The notes under the pieces were generated by a model. It was given only the letters and a program-made list of their open reading frames with translations, was not told the origin of the DNA and did not search any database. Made by a program: the position numbers and the translations under genes. Of a stretch of 64,000 nucleotides of DNA, positions 45,301-57,000 are shown in pieces. Positions within the stretch are counted from its first letter, which is position 1. Each line of letters begins with the position of its first letter. Location: the IMG/VR virus record IMGVR_UViG_3300012665_001205; one strand, written 5' to 3'. This DNA comes from an uncultured virus (IMG/VR IMGVR_UViG_3300012665_001205). Its lineage: Duplodnaviria > Heunggongvirae > Uroviricota > Caudoviricetes > Crassvirales.

Positions 45301-46537
45301 TGGTTCTATTCAAAAGATGTCTGGAAGACAGACAGATATCCTTGTTCTACAAGAAGATAAGATATCTTATGTACTTGCAGGTAAAAATGTTCTTTCTGAT
45401 GCTGCTGCTGGTGGTGGAGCTATTGCAGCAATACCACAGGTTCTTGGAAATCAAATTGCGAGAATTGAAGAGTATGGAATCAGCTTAAACCCTGAGAGTT
45501 ATGTTGAGTGGGGATTTGATAAGTACTTTACGGATCAAAAAAGAGGATCGGTAATAAGACTATCTGGCGCAGGAACAAGCGAAGACCTATCTGTTATTTC
45601 TAATGAGGGCATGAGATCTTGGTTTAGAGATCTATTTATAAGTGATGGCAAGACTCAAAAGTTAGGTGGATTTGACCCTTATATGGGTGAGTATGTTCTT
45701 AGTTCAAACAACTTTGAGATAAATCCAGATCAAGCTAGTGTAGGGTGTGGAACAGAAATACAGATAAACTCTGGAACAACTGGATTGCAAAACATAAATA
45801 TTGATCTTGGAGATTATGAAGGTGAGTCTACTGTAACATTGACAATTGATCAAATAACATCTGGACAGACGCTAAATGTTTCTTTTGTTTACAACGGAGT
45901 AACATACAGTACTGGTAATACTAGCATTTCAGATACGTTCTCATTTAATAAAGGAGCTAAGGATAATGGTATACTTAGTGTTGCACAGTCTGGAGGAGTT
46001 GCATCTTACAGAATAGTTGTTGGATGTCCTGACGTAACGGACATTACAGTAATTAGCGTTACGGTAAATGATAAGTCTTATGAAGGCAAAGTAATAACAG
46101 ATGAATATTCTGTCGGTGAATTTATATCTGGTAATTTAGTAAGCATGCTTGGAGGAACAACGATGCCAATAGTTTCTAACTATTCTACGTTGTCTGGTCC
46201 AGAAGGATTTGGTTCAATACCTAGCAATGGGGATACGGTTGTAATTAGATCTGTAAAAGGAACTACTGGAACTATGGAGTTTAATCCAGCAACTCACAAG
46301 TTGAGATATTTAATTTCAAACACCTTGTATACAAGTGCAAACATATTATCTTTACTAAACGCTTCAACAATAGCTACTCCAGTACTAAACCCTTCAGCTG
46401 GTGTTTACACGGCTGGTTTTACTTACAACAGCGGATCAAATTACCTTTACATTATACACGACTACAGAAATATTTACAGTACAGAATTGTGTTATAGCAA
46501 CGTATCAGCAGAAGAAGCTTGTTGCGACTGCGTATAA
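42326..46537 (+). CDS. Tail stabilisation/nozzle-like protein, N-terminal part
   Basis: F.KGKMNKSLDERLIPDGEY.DA.N, LFFTDG.NPPRRIN, EYGIS.NPES, YFTD.KRG.V.RLS, GGFDP. Confidence 0.75.
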   Translation: MDLVKTFVKGKMNKSLDERLIPDGEYIDAMNVRVGSTELSDVGSLENTKGNTKISNILYNNVPLSSSAVCIGAFQDGVNDTIYWFIHSPADNVDMIVSMNVETGFTVYHVVSTSVLNFSRDYLINGINKIEDLLFFTDGYNPPRRINVKRSYPSEPTLTEADISVIVAPPFESPSIRLINISGDENYIEDKFLSFSYRYKYLNGEYSAMSQFSEIAFEPGFFNFDFSKFTNSGMRNKFNAVNVTFDTGGESVVAIDLLFKTSISSTINVIERYDKKLLGITDNSDYTVQFSSKKILSTLPPSEILRTFDNVPIVAKAQTLMSNRIFYGNYKDGYDIVDSNGKRINVRFNASIVSEELGYLEVPSVRSSSQYNIVPLGPHTYSNTLTTINFTGIDLKEGAAIGIDLSLSGTLVSDPDYSNDIIQSFYFQLQKDYSSVYELVTSQEFIDEIGSQTFHGNVDDCGTDDEGTSFTDQIACQAVPPTGFSSYGYGINTVGEGIKIIANPGSSSFSLQMIVMVYQSNVNPTIFDYEYFSISSVSAEYMTQSDASSLHSNRDFSLGIIYMDDFNRATTVLTSENNSIHIPPANSVNKNSIKVDILSTPPFWAKKYKFALLPSGLDYEIIYSTLYFFNPGDNTVFLNLEGDNQNKAKVGDKLIVKRDSTGPLSNLVKCEILDISAQPLDFIQGGQEEPSGLYMKIKPVGFSIDTETPSVLGGKTISVSGKDYPALSIPVFTEEPAGTFTPWEITDGSIVRFDLILNRPYRNEDRGQRRYSYKKEYVASSDYANLRDFVLAQNIDFSTGDSTVSGDETENENIFISALGTTFPSATGGINKYQFYESPASSGKLYFGIRTGTPGYSNPESSITGSITIVRQNGIIVFETEPTEAADDIYYEGSQTFEIVGGAHSQNSIVLNFHDCFTFGNGVESYKIEDALAAPYFRLGQRFSSVSAEEFKQANRYASITYSGVFNPETNLNKLNEFNLGLANFSDLERRFGSIQKMSGRQTDILVLQEDKISYVLAGKNVLSDAAAGGGAIAAIPQVLGNQIARIEEYGISLNPESYVEWGFDKYFTDQKRGSVIRLSGAGTSEDLSVISNEGMRSWFRDLFISDGKTQKLGGFDPYMGEYVLSSNNFEINPDQASVGCGTEIQINSGTTGLQNINIDLGDYEGESTVTLTIDQITSGQTLNVSFVYNGVTYSTGNTSISDTFSFNKGAKDNGILSVAQSGGVASYRIVVGCPDVTDITVISVTVNDKSYEGKVITDEYSVGEFISGNLVSMLGGTTMPIVSNYSTLSGPEGFGSIPSNGDTVVIRSVKGTTGTMEFNPATHKLRYLISNTLYTSANILSLLNASTIATPVLNPSAGVYTAGFTYNSGSNYLYIIHDYRNIYSTELCYSNVSAEEACCDCV

Positions 46538-46552
46538 GAACCTTCATAAAAT

Positions 46553-47458
46553 ATGGCAACATACTACATAGATACAAATGATTTTAGCACTGCTACCAGT
46601 ATATGGACAAATTCAAATTTGACCATAAAAGCTACTGATGGATTTTATCAAAAAGATGGTTTCTACAGACAAATGTCTGGAGGAGAACTACTCCCCTCTA
46701 CTATTTGCCCAGAATGTTCTGTCCCTTGCGGTGGTACAATAAGTGCTAGTGGTGGGAGAGGAATATATTATCTTGATACAAATTTAGGCACATCTACTGG
46801 GGCTGTTGTTATTAAGTTTAACCCATTTGGTATACCTGATGGTATATTAGCTGTATATAATAGCATAACCTACAATGGTTTATCATCACCATCATTTGGT
46901 TGGAGACAAGGTACGGCTGGTCTTGCTACGTACATTGGAAATACGGGGCAAGATTGTGGTATAGTTGCAGGGTCACCATATAGTTTAAATGAATATGAGT
47001 ATAATGGAACCACTTTTGTTTCATTAGGTACATCTACTAGCGTTTCAGTCTTGGCAGGGCAAATGCAACTTACAGCAGGAGATCCTGGTAATAGTGTAAT
47101 GGTTATACCAAAGATAGCAGCAACCCCTTCTACATTGAATCTTAGTTTCATTGGACCATGTTCAGGAACTGCTTTTAATATTTCAGTTGCATGTCCAACT
47201 GCGCTACCATCATTTGCATCTAGTACTGTTAATGCAAGCAGTGCATTGGCTTGTGCAGCTACTATAAGCACAACATACTATGTCGCATTTGTAACTGGTG
47301 GGTCAGGAGTACTTGGGTTAAATGACTTAGTATTCAGTGACGCTAATGGTCAGTTTAAACTAGGAGCAGGCTACTATAAGACTACAGCTGCTGGTGCTAA
47401 CAATTGGTACCAAGTAAATGCCAATGGCGTAATTATTGCATTTGGAACTTGTCCTTAA
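46553..47458 (+). CDS. Cys/Gly/Thr-rich virion appendage protein
   Basis: CPECSVPCGG; beta-rich; lies between the two nozzle-like ORFs. Confidence 0.6.
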   Translation: MATYYIDTNDFSTATSIWTNSNLTIKATDGFYQKDGFYRQMSGGELLPSTICPECSVPCGGTISASGGRGIYYLDTNLGTSTGAVVIKFNPFGIPDGILAVYNSITYNGLSSPSFGWRQGTAGLATYIGNTGQDCGIVAGSPYSLNEYEYNGTTFVSLGTSTSVSVLAGQMQLTAGDPGNSVMVIPKIAATPSTLNLSFIGPCSGTAFNISVACPTALPSFASSTVNASSALACAATISTTYYVAFVTGGSGVLGLNDLVFSDANGQFKLGAGYYKTTAAGANNWYQVNANGVIIAFGTCP

Positions 47459-47463
47459 TAAAT

Positions 47464-48222
47464 ATGGCAAACTACACACTAACATATAGCCCAGGAGTAG
47501 AAGGATGGCCTTCATTTTATTCATACTATCCAGACTTCATGATAGGAATGAATCAATTCTTATATACATTCAAGGGTGGCAATCTTTATCGCCATAACGT
47601 GAACGAGAGCAGAAATACCTTCTATGGTACATTTACACCATCAATGGTTAGAGGTATAATAAACCAATCTCCTATAGAGAAGAAAGTATTTAAAACGATA
47701 GCTCTTGAATCTAACGCTTCTTGGTCTGCAACTTTAATTACTGATCTAGAGTCTGGATTTATTGAAAAGTCTTACTTTGAAAACAAGGAAGCTACTTTCT
47801 TTTCATTTATTAGAGGAGTAGATAGTGCAAGTCCAAACTTAAGCCTAAGATCTACTCAAGGTATTGGGTCTTCTACATCAGTTAATTCTTCAACTCCAGC
47901 ATCTACTGTTGTTAACTTTTCTTTTGCAATTGACTCAATGATTAGTGTTGGTGATTTAGTTTACGAGTCTAACACTGGATTAAATCAAGTATTTTTTTGT
48001 GGACCAGTTATCTCAAGAACAAGTAATGCAATAACAATAAATTGCTCTGGATCAGGTAAAACAATACCAACTTCAGGAAGATATTTAATATACGTTAAGA
48101 ATCAAATTGCTGAATCACATGGATTGAGAGGTGATTTCTTAGACTACACTATAACAAATAACGATAACTTTGCTATTGAATTATTTGCTATTCGTTCAGA
48201 GGTATTCAAATCCTTTCCGTAA
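47464..48222 (+). CDS. Tail stabilisation/nozzle-like protein, C-terminal part
   Basis: Start moved to MANYTLTYS; GWPSFYSY.P, TFKGGNLYRHN, KVFKTIALES, GLRG.F, ELFA. Confidence 0.65.
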   Translation: MANYTLTYSPGVEGWPSFYSYYPDFMIGMNQFLYTFKGGNLYRHNVNESRNTFYGTFTPSMVRGIINQSPIEKKVFKTIALESNASWSATLITDLESGFIEKSYFENKEATFFSFIRGVDSASPNLSLRSTQGIGSSTSVNSSTPASTVVNFSFAIDSMISVGDLVYESNTGLNQVFFCGPVISRTSNAITINCSGSGKTIPTSGRYLIYVKNQIAESHGLRGDFLDYTITNNDNFAIELFAIRSEVFKSFP

Positions 48223-48231
48223 ATTTGCATT

Positions 48232-48645
48232 ATGCTGCACGTCAGAAAATTAAATAGTCAGGATTACGAAGAGAACTTAGTGAAGTGGTGGAAAGACTGG
48301 AGATGGACACCTCCTCCAGTAGAATTTCTACCAGACAACGGAGAGGGAGGATTTATGGTTTGTGATGAAGACTATCCAGTTGTGGCTGGTTTTCTATACG
48401 TAACTAACTCTAGCGTAGCTTGGCTAGAGTTTATTGTGTCCAACATGGAGTATAAGCACAAGGAGAATAGAAAGCAAGCTGTTAGAATGCTGATACTAAC
48501 TCTAGAACAACTAGCTAAAATAAGTGGTAAAAAATATATTTACTCAACTCTTAAAAACGAATCATTGATAAACTCTTACTTGGAGTGTGGATTTGCCAAG
48601 GGAACGAGTAACTCACAAGAAATGATAAAAACAATATGGCAGTAG
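48232..48645 (+). CDS. GNAT-fold acetyltransferase-like protein
   Basis: VRKL...DY, VVAGFLY, WLEFIVSN, Y...GF; TAAATTTG at 48220. Confidence 0.6.
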   Translation: MLHVRKLNSQDYEENLVKWWKDWRWTPPPVEFLPDNGEGGFMVCDEDYPVVAGFLYVTNSSVAWLEFIVSNMEYKHKENRKQAVRMLILTLEQLAKISGKKYIYSTLKNESLINSYLECGFAKGTSNSQEMIKTIWQ

Positions 48646-49436
48646 CAACTACAACAGCAATAGCAGCAGGATCAGCCTTACTATCGGCAGGTGCTTCATT
48701 TAAAAGATCCGTAGACGAAAAAAGAAAGTTTAAACAGGCTGAGGAAGCAGCTGCTAGATTGATGGAGGATGCTAGAAAGCAATATTCCACAAACTTTGCT
48801 GAACAACTTCGAGTGCCTTTAGAAGGATATGAGATGGCTTCTAATTTGAATAGAGATGCGTTATCTCAAAATTTAGATGCACTGAGAGAGTCTGGTCAGA
48901 GAGGTATAATTGGCGGTGTAGCTGGTTTACAGAAACAAGCTCAAGAAGGTGCAGAACAACTAAGAATGGGAATGCAGCAAGACCTATATGAGAGAGATAA
49001 AGCTATTGTTTCAGAAGAGTCTAGACTAAGAGATATTCAAGCAGAGATTGACTTAGGTGAAGCAGCTGGTGCTCAACAAGCTGCTGCTGATGCTCAAGCT
49101 TTGAGTGCTCAAAATATGCAAGCTGGTTTTGGATCTTTAACATCAGCCGCCACAAGTTTGTACGAAGGTTCAGACTTGTATAATAAAGCTCAGGGTGCTA
49201 AAATGGCTGACAAGTTTGGGGGTGGGTTAACTGGGAATCAAAAAACTGGATTAGCAGATAGATTTTCTAATTTATCAAGTGGGCAAATGAAATTTCTACG
49301 TCAACAAGATCCTAATTCATATTCTCCATTCTTAAAAACTCCAGAAAATCTTGCTAAAGCACAACAAACAGCTTTAGCTGGGATTAAAAAAGGAGCCTTG
49401 GGTCAAATGCCGTTACCTAAAATCACTGGAAGATAA
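48636..49436 (+). CDS. Internal virion (ejection) protein
   Basis: Ala/Gly-rich N-terminus and Gln/Ala coiled coil; typical position after the GNAT gene. Confidence 0.6.
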   Translation: MAVATTTAIAAGSALLSAGASFKRSVDEKRKFKQAEEAAARLMEDARKQYSTNFAEQLRVPLEGYEMASNLNRDALSQNLDALRESGQRGIIGGVAGLQKQAQEGAEQLRMGMQQDLYERDKAIVSEESRLRDIQAEIDLGEAAGAQQAAADAQALSAQNMQAGFGSLTSAATSLYEGSDLYNKAQGAKMADKFGGGLTGNQKTGLADRFSNLSSGQMKFLRQQDPNSYSPFLKTPENLAKAQQTALAGIKKGALGQMPLPKITGR

Positions 49437-51088
49437 TGTCAACATATTATAATTACGTAAGAAGAGGAACCGAGTCTCAAGTAGACTGGGGGAAGATTGG
49501 GAAAGGATTGTCTGATGAGATTATTAGAATATCTCAAGATAGAGAAGCCAAGAGAACTGAGCTTGATAAGCTAAATACTGATCTAATTAGATCAGCGTCT
49601 CAGGTTACTGCGCCAGAGCAAGAGTATGTTAGAAACTTAGTGCTCAACGGTACTAACGAGATGAAGAACCTTGCGTTAACAAATAACAATCTATTAAAAA
49701 GAGGAATTATAACTCCAGCTCAGTATAGAATGGTAATGGAGAACATGAGTGCTGGAGTAAGTGATCTAGACAAGGCTTCTAAGGAGTTTGACTCTTCATA
49801 TAAGAAAAGTATGGAAAGACTAGCTAAAGGCGAGATGGGATTCAGAGAACAAAAATTAAAAGAGAACCTTTTCAAGTATGGTAATCTTAAAGATAAGACT
49901 TTGTACGTTGCTCCTGATGGATCCATGTATATAACTAGCATTGACGATAATGGAAACCCTGTTGCTGATCCTAGAAAGATGATGAACACTGGTGTGCTTG
50001 CTCAAGGTCTAGGTCAAGAAATAACTTCTTTTGACTTGAATGCTAACCTAGAAAAGGGTGTAAACTCAATAGGTTCTGTTGTGGAAGTTCTAAGGAAGAA
50101 CGGGGTTTTAACAACAGACTCTCCGACTAATAATCCAAAGTATAAAGAAGCTCGTGATCTTTACATAGACTCTATAATGGGAGACCCAAATAATGTGGTT
50201 GATATATTAGGAGATTTTCTTGGTAGAGAAGACATCGTTCAAGATGTTAACGGTAACTTTATACCAACTGAGCAACAGACTAAGGAGGTAAGAGAAAAAA
50301 TTACTTCAATGTTTGATGCAATGGTTACTAAGAAGGCTACACCTATGCCTGTTTTTGCCCCTACTAGTGGAGGCGGTGGTGGAAGTGGTGCTGCTATTGC
50401 TAAAGAGAATGAACTTGGAAGTAACTTTAGAAAGTTCTTAACTGGATCTGGTCCAGAATCTAAGGCGGCAGCTCAATTAATAGGTAGTCAAAATCCAAAC
50501 ATTAGATCACTAGTTAAGGAGAATGGAGTTATTAAAATATCAATGAATGATGGAGGTTATCAGGAATTTGACCTAAATCAAGAGGGTGCTAACGCTGAGA
50601 TAATAGGAAGAGGTCTTATTGGATTCGCTCTTGGAAATAAAATATCTAACGTAGATCAGGTATTGAAAAGAGCAGGGATAACTCCTACGCTTGGTTTATC
50701 ATTAGATCCTGTATATTATGAATACCAGCAGGGTGGAAAGACAGATGTTTTGAGTAAAACTCAAATATTATCTCCAGATGGTAAGACTATTGTTTTTGCG
50801 TCTAACGCACTCAATCAGATAGACCCAGATGCTGATGTAGATGAGGATATTCAAGCTGTTTTAAGTCAAATTGATCCAAGACTTACTGTAACTACACAAA
50901 GTAATTTAATTGGTAAAGATAGATTAACTTTGTTTTTAGATGGACAAGAAGTCAAAACAATAGATTATGACGATCCTAAAGATAAGGTTGAACTAATAAA
51001 AATAATAGATCAAGTTAGGACCCAAGGAGCGCAAGGCACAACACAACAAAATCAATCAGGACAGTTAGACTATACACAATTTAACTAA
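49436..51088 (+). CDS. Internal virion (ejection) protein
   Basis: 550 aa, VDWG.I N-terminus, coupled to the giant ORF. Confidence 0.55.
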   Translation: MSTYYNYVRRGTESQVDWGKIGKGLSDEIIRISQDREAKRTELDKLNTDLIRSASQVTAPEQEYVRNLVLNGTNEMKNLALTNNNLLKRGIITPAQYRMVMENMSAGVSDLDKASKEFDSSYKKSMERLAKGEMGFREQKLKENLFKYGNLKDKTLYVAPDGSMYITSIDDNGNPVADPRKMMNTGVLAQGLGQEITSFDLNANLEKGVNSIGSVVEVLRKNGVLTTDSPTNNPKYKEARDLYIDSIMGDPNNVVDILGDFLGREDIVQDVNGNFIPTEQQTKEVREKITSMFDAMVTKKATPMPVFAPTSGGGGGSGAAIAKENELGSNFRKFLTGSGPESKAAAQLIGSQNPNIRSLVKENGVIKISMNDGGYQEFDLNQEGANAEIIGRGLIGFALGNKISNVDQVLKRAGITPTLGLSLDPVYYEYQQGGKTDVLSKTQILSPDGKTIVFASNALNQIDPDADVDEDIQAVLSQIDPRLTVTTQSNLIGKDRLTLFLDGQEVKTIDYDDPKDKVELIKIIDQVRTQGAQGTTQQNQSGQLDYTQFN

Positions 51089-54000
51089 TGAACGAACAAG
51101 TAATAGACGACCTTTTCAATCAGGCTGTATCCAAGGGATATAAGAAAAGCAGAGAAGAATTTGTTAACCTCTTGCACACAAATGATGCGGTACTAAATGA
51201 CATGTACTCGTATGTTCAGTCAAAAGGATATCAAAAAGGAATTGAAGACTTTAATGGTTTAGTTGGAAAAAAAAAAGGCGTTACAGGTTCATCTACGGTC
51301 GATGGTACATTGGCTTTGCCAAGCGGTGAAAAAGATACTGCATTAGAGAGAACTTTTGGTAAAAATCCAGTAACAGACTTCTTTGGTGACATTTATAGAT
51401 CTTATGAGGCTGGTTCCTCTAAGGTTGAAAACATAGATCCAACGATGAATATTTTTGGCAAGAAGGCATCTGAGATAGATGATGAGTCATTAAAAGCATT
51501 TGTTGAGTCTGCAAATAAACTTAGTAAAACCCCAGTAACAGATGAGATGCGTCAGTATCAAAAAGATGTTAATGAAGCTGGTGGAGGATTTTTAAACTCA
51601 ATTATTCAGGCAGTTAAAAACCCTGGTATTATACCTCAGCTTGTTGTTGACTCATTTTCAATGATGGTCCCAATAACAGATGAGGGAGTTAGTTCATACG
51701 CTCTTGCTGGAGCTGCTGCTGGGGCAGGAACTGGTGCTGGAGTTGGTGCTGGAGTTGGTGCTCTTGGAGGTCCTTTAGCTCCAATAAGTGTTACGGCTGG
51801 TGCCGCTGCTGGCGGTCTCAGAGGCTTGATGGCAGGTATGTCAGCAACAACTGAAGTTGCGTTGTCTTATGGACAGTACCTTCAGGAGGAGGCTCAGAAG
51901 AGAGGTCTTGAGTTTAATGAGCAAAATGTTAAAAAATTATTAGAAGATCAAGCGGTTGTAGATGGAGCAACAAATAGAGCTCTATCTAGAGGTGCTACTA
52001 TTGGTCTTGTTGATGTTGTTACGTCTGGATTCGCAGGAAAGGCATTAGGAGCAACAAAGGCTGCTGTAAAGGGAACGACTGGTAAAGTACTAGGAACTGG
52101 AGCTGCGCTTACTGTTGAATCAGTAGGTGAAGGTGCTGGTGAAGGTGCTGCTCAAGTAGTGTCTGGGCAAGAGGTTTCTGGAGAAGAGATTGCTCTTGAA
52201 ATGCTTGGTGGTGTTGGAGGTGGCGTATTTAACGTGGCTGTAGAAAACTTGGTTGGAACTGAAAAAATAGGTAGATACAAAATCAATGGAGAAGAAGTAT
52301 CTAAGAATAGACTAAACAGATTCCTTCAAACTGCAACTCCAGATGAGGTTGCAAAAACCAACATTGAGATTACAGATGATAACGATGTACTAGCAGTTGC
52401 TGAAGATAAGAAGAAGGAGGCATTACTTGCTGGCCAGATAGATCCAGCTGTAACTGACGAGACTGACAAGTCTAGACTTGTTAAGCTAGAGAAAGAAAGA
52501 GCAAAGCTAAAGGGTCTTGATACTAAATCTGCTCAGAACAGAGTTAAGGCTATAGACGAAGAAATTGACTCTATTACTGGTAAGTATACATTAGAAGAAA
52601 AGCCAGCCGCTGAAACTATTGAGTACAAGATAGATGGTTCTAAAATGGACCGAGCTAGATTTGTTGCTGCTGTAGATGAGGCAAAGAATGAAGAAGCTCT
52701 CAACGAGCTTGAGACTACTGATCCAGAAGTTCAAAAAGTAATTGATGCCAAGAGAGCTCAGTTGACTGGAAAGCCAGTTGCAGAACCTAAAGCAGTTACC
52801 CAACAAAATCAAGAAAAAATAAATGACATTGAAAAGAGAAGACAGGAGGAACTGAATACTTACGATGAAGAAGGACTTAATGAAATTTATGCAATAAACA
52901 ACGATCAAACTATAGGTGAGTTTATAAATGCTAAATATGATGCAGAACTAGCTGCTATAGAGAAGACTGCTCCTGTTGAAGAAGTAAAGCCAGTGACAAT
53001 TAATGTCGCAGACAAGTACACTGTAGATGAGGTTGATAGAGTAAAAACACTTCCAATTGAAAATGAGGATGGTGCTACCATGAACTTAGATGGTACCAAG
53101 TACGAGAAGGGTGGAGTGGTTATTCCATTGGCATCTAGAAATCTACCTATATCAGAACTTACGCCTGAGAAGATAGACGAGTTTGTAAAAGAGAACTCAG
53201 AGTCTATTGGGTCTGACATGGTTAAGGTTGGTATCTACAAGTTCCCAAACAGTGATCAGGCTTCCATAGACATTAACATCGTAGCAGACAGATCAAGAAG
53301 AGATGAGGCTATTGAAATTGCAAGAGAGCTTGGTCAGGAGTCAATATTTGACTTAGATACATTCGAGAACATAAAGACTGGTGCTGACGGTAAGAACCCT
53401 AAAGTTTTGACTCCTAAAGAGTTTTTAGCTATTCAGGATAGATTATCTAGACCAAAGCAAACGGAGGTCACAGTGACCCCAGAAACGTCTTCAAATTACG
53501 CAAATATGACTGAAGATAACGAAGGAAACTTTGTGTTCTTCCATGTTGGCAAGAAGGGTTATGGCACAATTAAGAAAGGCACTGGAGCAACAGCTGTAAC
53601 TTCAAGAGAAGAGGCATCTGCATTGTCAAAGGTTGGTGGTCTAGCAATGTACTACACCGCTCCAGAGCAGACAGAAAGACAAAGTGCTGATGGTGCTAAG
53701 TACGCTGTAAAAGTGCCAAAAGAAAAGGTATATGACTTCAACACTGACAAGCTAAATTTAATTGACGAGGCTAGACAGAGACATGAGTCAGAGAACCCTG
53801 GGAAAGCGTTTGATACAAACTCTCAGATTGCCTATGTAACGAAAATTGCTGGCGAGAAAGGTTTCGACATGGTCGTTGCTGAATGGGCTGGAGGAACTAG
53901 AGCACAAACGACTAAGGAACTCACACCTGTTGATGTACAAGAGTCTACTGGAAATGTTATTGAAAAGAATTTTGATAACCAGTATGAGTCTAACAAGACT

Positions 54001-57000
54001 AAAGGATTTACTCCAGTTGTTCCTAAGAGAAAGGCAGACAAGCTACAAGCTCTTTACGACAAGATCAATGAGGTAAGAAATGCTGAGAAGAGGTATGACA
54101 ATCTTTACAGTTTGTACACTGACTCTTCGAAGTATACTCAGGAACAGATCACTGACTTGATCGAGAAGTCTGACCTATCCCAAGACATCAAGAACGAGTA
54201 CAAAGAGATTCTTGGATCAAAGGAGGAGACCAGAAGATCTGAGCAGAAAAAAGCAGCTCCTACAAATATAGAGGAGTCTATTAAGAACTCTGCAAAGACG
54301 CTTCAGACATCATTCCCTGGAGTTAATGTTATTGTAGCAGATAATACTGAGGACGCTAAGAACCAAATTGTAGAGCAACTTACTCCAATTGTTGGAGAAG
54401 AAAATGCAAAAACTATTGCAGATCAAGTAGAGACAGCCAGAGGTCAGGCAGTATTCTATAATGGTAAGCCAATAGCTGTTGTAGTAAACAAAGAGAAGGC
54501 AATATCAAACACTGCTGCACATGAGGTTTGGCACTTAATATTGAGAGAAGCATTTGGAAAGGATGCTAAGAAGTTTAAGAGCTTCCAGAACGCTATTTCT
54601 AGAGAACTAAAGAAATCTGGATACGCTGATGTTGCAGATTATCTTGACACATTCTCAGCTGAATATGAGGGTGACGCTGCATACGAAGAATACTTGGCAG
54701 AGCTTGGTGGATTGCTCACCACAAAAGGTTTCGATCCTAAGAACCTAACAGCACAGGAGAAGTCCATCCTTGAGAAGATCAAGGAGATCATCAACAAGTT
54801 TGCTAAGTCAATTGTTGGTCAGGATGTATTCTTGAAGGACGCCAAGCCAGAGAACATTCTTCAGTTTATGATTAGTGTATCTGACTTAGTTGCTAAGGGC
54901 GAGGATGTAAGACCAGCCATTGGTAAGACTAAAGCAAAGAAGGCTAAAGCTAAAGTTGATATTGTAAAACAATCAACTGAGGCGTTCTCTGGAAAACTTG
55001 GAGAAATGGGTATATCTGTTGGAGTTACAAACTCAAAAACAGGTAAAACTAAGGTTACAAACTTTGATGTAGCTAAAGGATTAAATGAATACTATACTAA
55101 AAAATACGGAACAATAGCTCCAGGAGACTTTTCTCAGAAAGCTGTAGATGCGTTAGCAGACTATGCATCTGTAGAGATGTTGTTTGCAATGTCTAAGTTT
55201 GGAGATAAATCTGGTAAGGGGTGGTATACCGAAGACTACTCTGAAGCTTTAGATATACTTTCATCTATAGATCCAGATATAACTAAAGACCCAAAGATAA
55301 AAGCAATTACAACTTCTATTATTGCTGTAGCATCTAACTCAAGTGGCGTTTACGATAACCTTACAAGAGTAATATATGGTATAAGTGAATACAAGAAAAC
55401 TGGTAAGATACCTTTAAACGTAGGTACTGGTAAAGGTCAAGAAGCAATAGCAACTGGTATTGATAGATACAACAAAGTTGTTGAAAAACTAGGTAACGAT
55501 CCAGTTAGAGTAGAGAAATTCATGAGTCAAATAGACAAGGTTTCCGAATTGAAAAAGAAACTTGTTAAAGAGTTTGACATGAAGAGCTGGGCTGATGCTA
55601 AGAAAGAACTTGCTACAGATCCAGATTGGAATGACTCTGAAACATTACCAATGTCTGTTTTAATATTTGGTCCAAAAATCGGAGCATTCTGGTCTAATCT
55701 TTCTGGACTAGATGGTACGCCAACTATTGATAGATGGTGTATAAGAACAATATACCGATACAAGGGAGATATGAGAGCTAAAATACCTTCTTCAGATATG
55801 AAATCATTCATGAATGAAAATGGTATAAATGGTGCTTCAGAGTCAGACGTAATATCTTTAGCTCAAGAGCACTCTAAAATGTTTAAAAGAATACTTGCTG
55901 GAAAGGGTGAGTATGCATCTCTAACTAAACCTGAAAGAAATGAATTATTAAAACCTTACCGAAAGGGAGATCAGATTTGGACCAAGGCTCAAGGTGTAGT
56001 AAATGATATATCCGAAGGAATAGATGACTCAATAGAAAATAAGGCAAAGTATGGGAGAGATTTTAGAAGCTTTACTAAAAATGTTTTTGAAAAAGCTAGA
56101 GATATTGTTGTTGATAAAACTGGAATAAAACTATCTGTTTCTGATGTTCAGGCTATACTTTGGATATACGAAAAAAATCTATTCGGTGAGCTTGGAGTAA
56201 AGCAAAGAGAAGATTCAACATATTCCTCTGCCGCAAATTCAATTATAAACAAAGTTAAGTCTGGTCCTTTAACTGTTGATATGCTTAAGAGTGGAGACTT
56301 GAAAGCACTTGAAACAGAGAAAATATCAGACGATGGCCCAATGGGTGATATATATACTTTTGGAGATAAACAATTCAAGAGTGGATTAGATTCTAGAGAA
56401 AAGAGATCTAAAGAATCAATTGAAATTGCAAAACAAATAACTACAGATAAAGACGCAAAACCTGGTTTCGAAGCTACTCTTGCAGCAATAAATGAGACTA
56501 TAGAAGATAGAAAAATTTGGAGAAAAGAAAATAAAGTTAACCAGAAGCAAAAAAGAAATCCTATAGTTGAAAAGGCTGTTAAAGATTATTACAATGGATT
56601 AATAAACCAAGATCAATACATTGAAATAGTTAGAAAAAATCAACCTATTAAAACATTTAAAAGTGTTCCAGCCCTTCCTTCAGTAAGAGATATAGTTAAT
56701 TCATTAGATGAAAATAAAGTTGCAACTGGTATTGTTGGTGTTACAAAAAATATTGAAGACGGAGATAAAGTAGCCTCTAGACTTGATATCCCTGCATACG
56801 AAGACTTTGATACATGGGTTGTTTCTGTTCATGATGGAGATAAAGAGGGAAAATCTATAGCTTATGGGCAAACAGCAGTATTAAAAAATGTTAATTTTAA
56901 AACATTTCCTGGTCCAGCCATAAGGATTGCTATGGGAACTCAAAGTAAATCCACTATAGCAAGAATATTTGGTAACTGGGTTAATGAAGATCCTGAAGCA

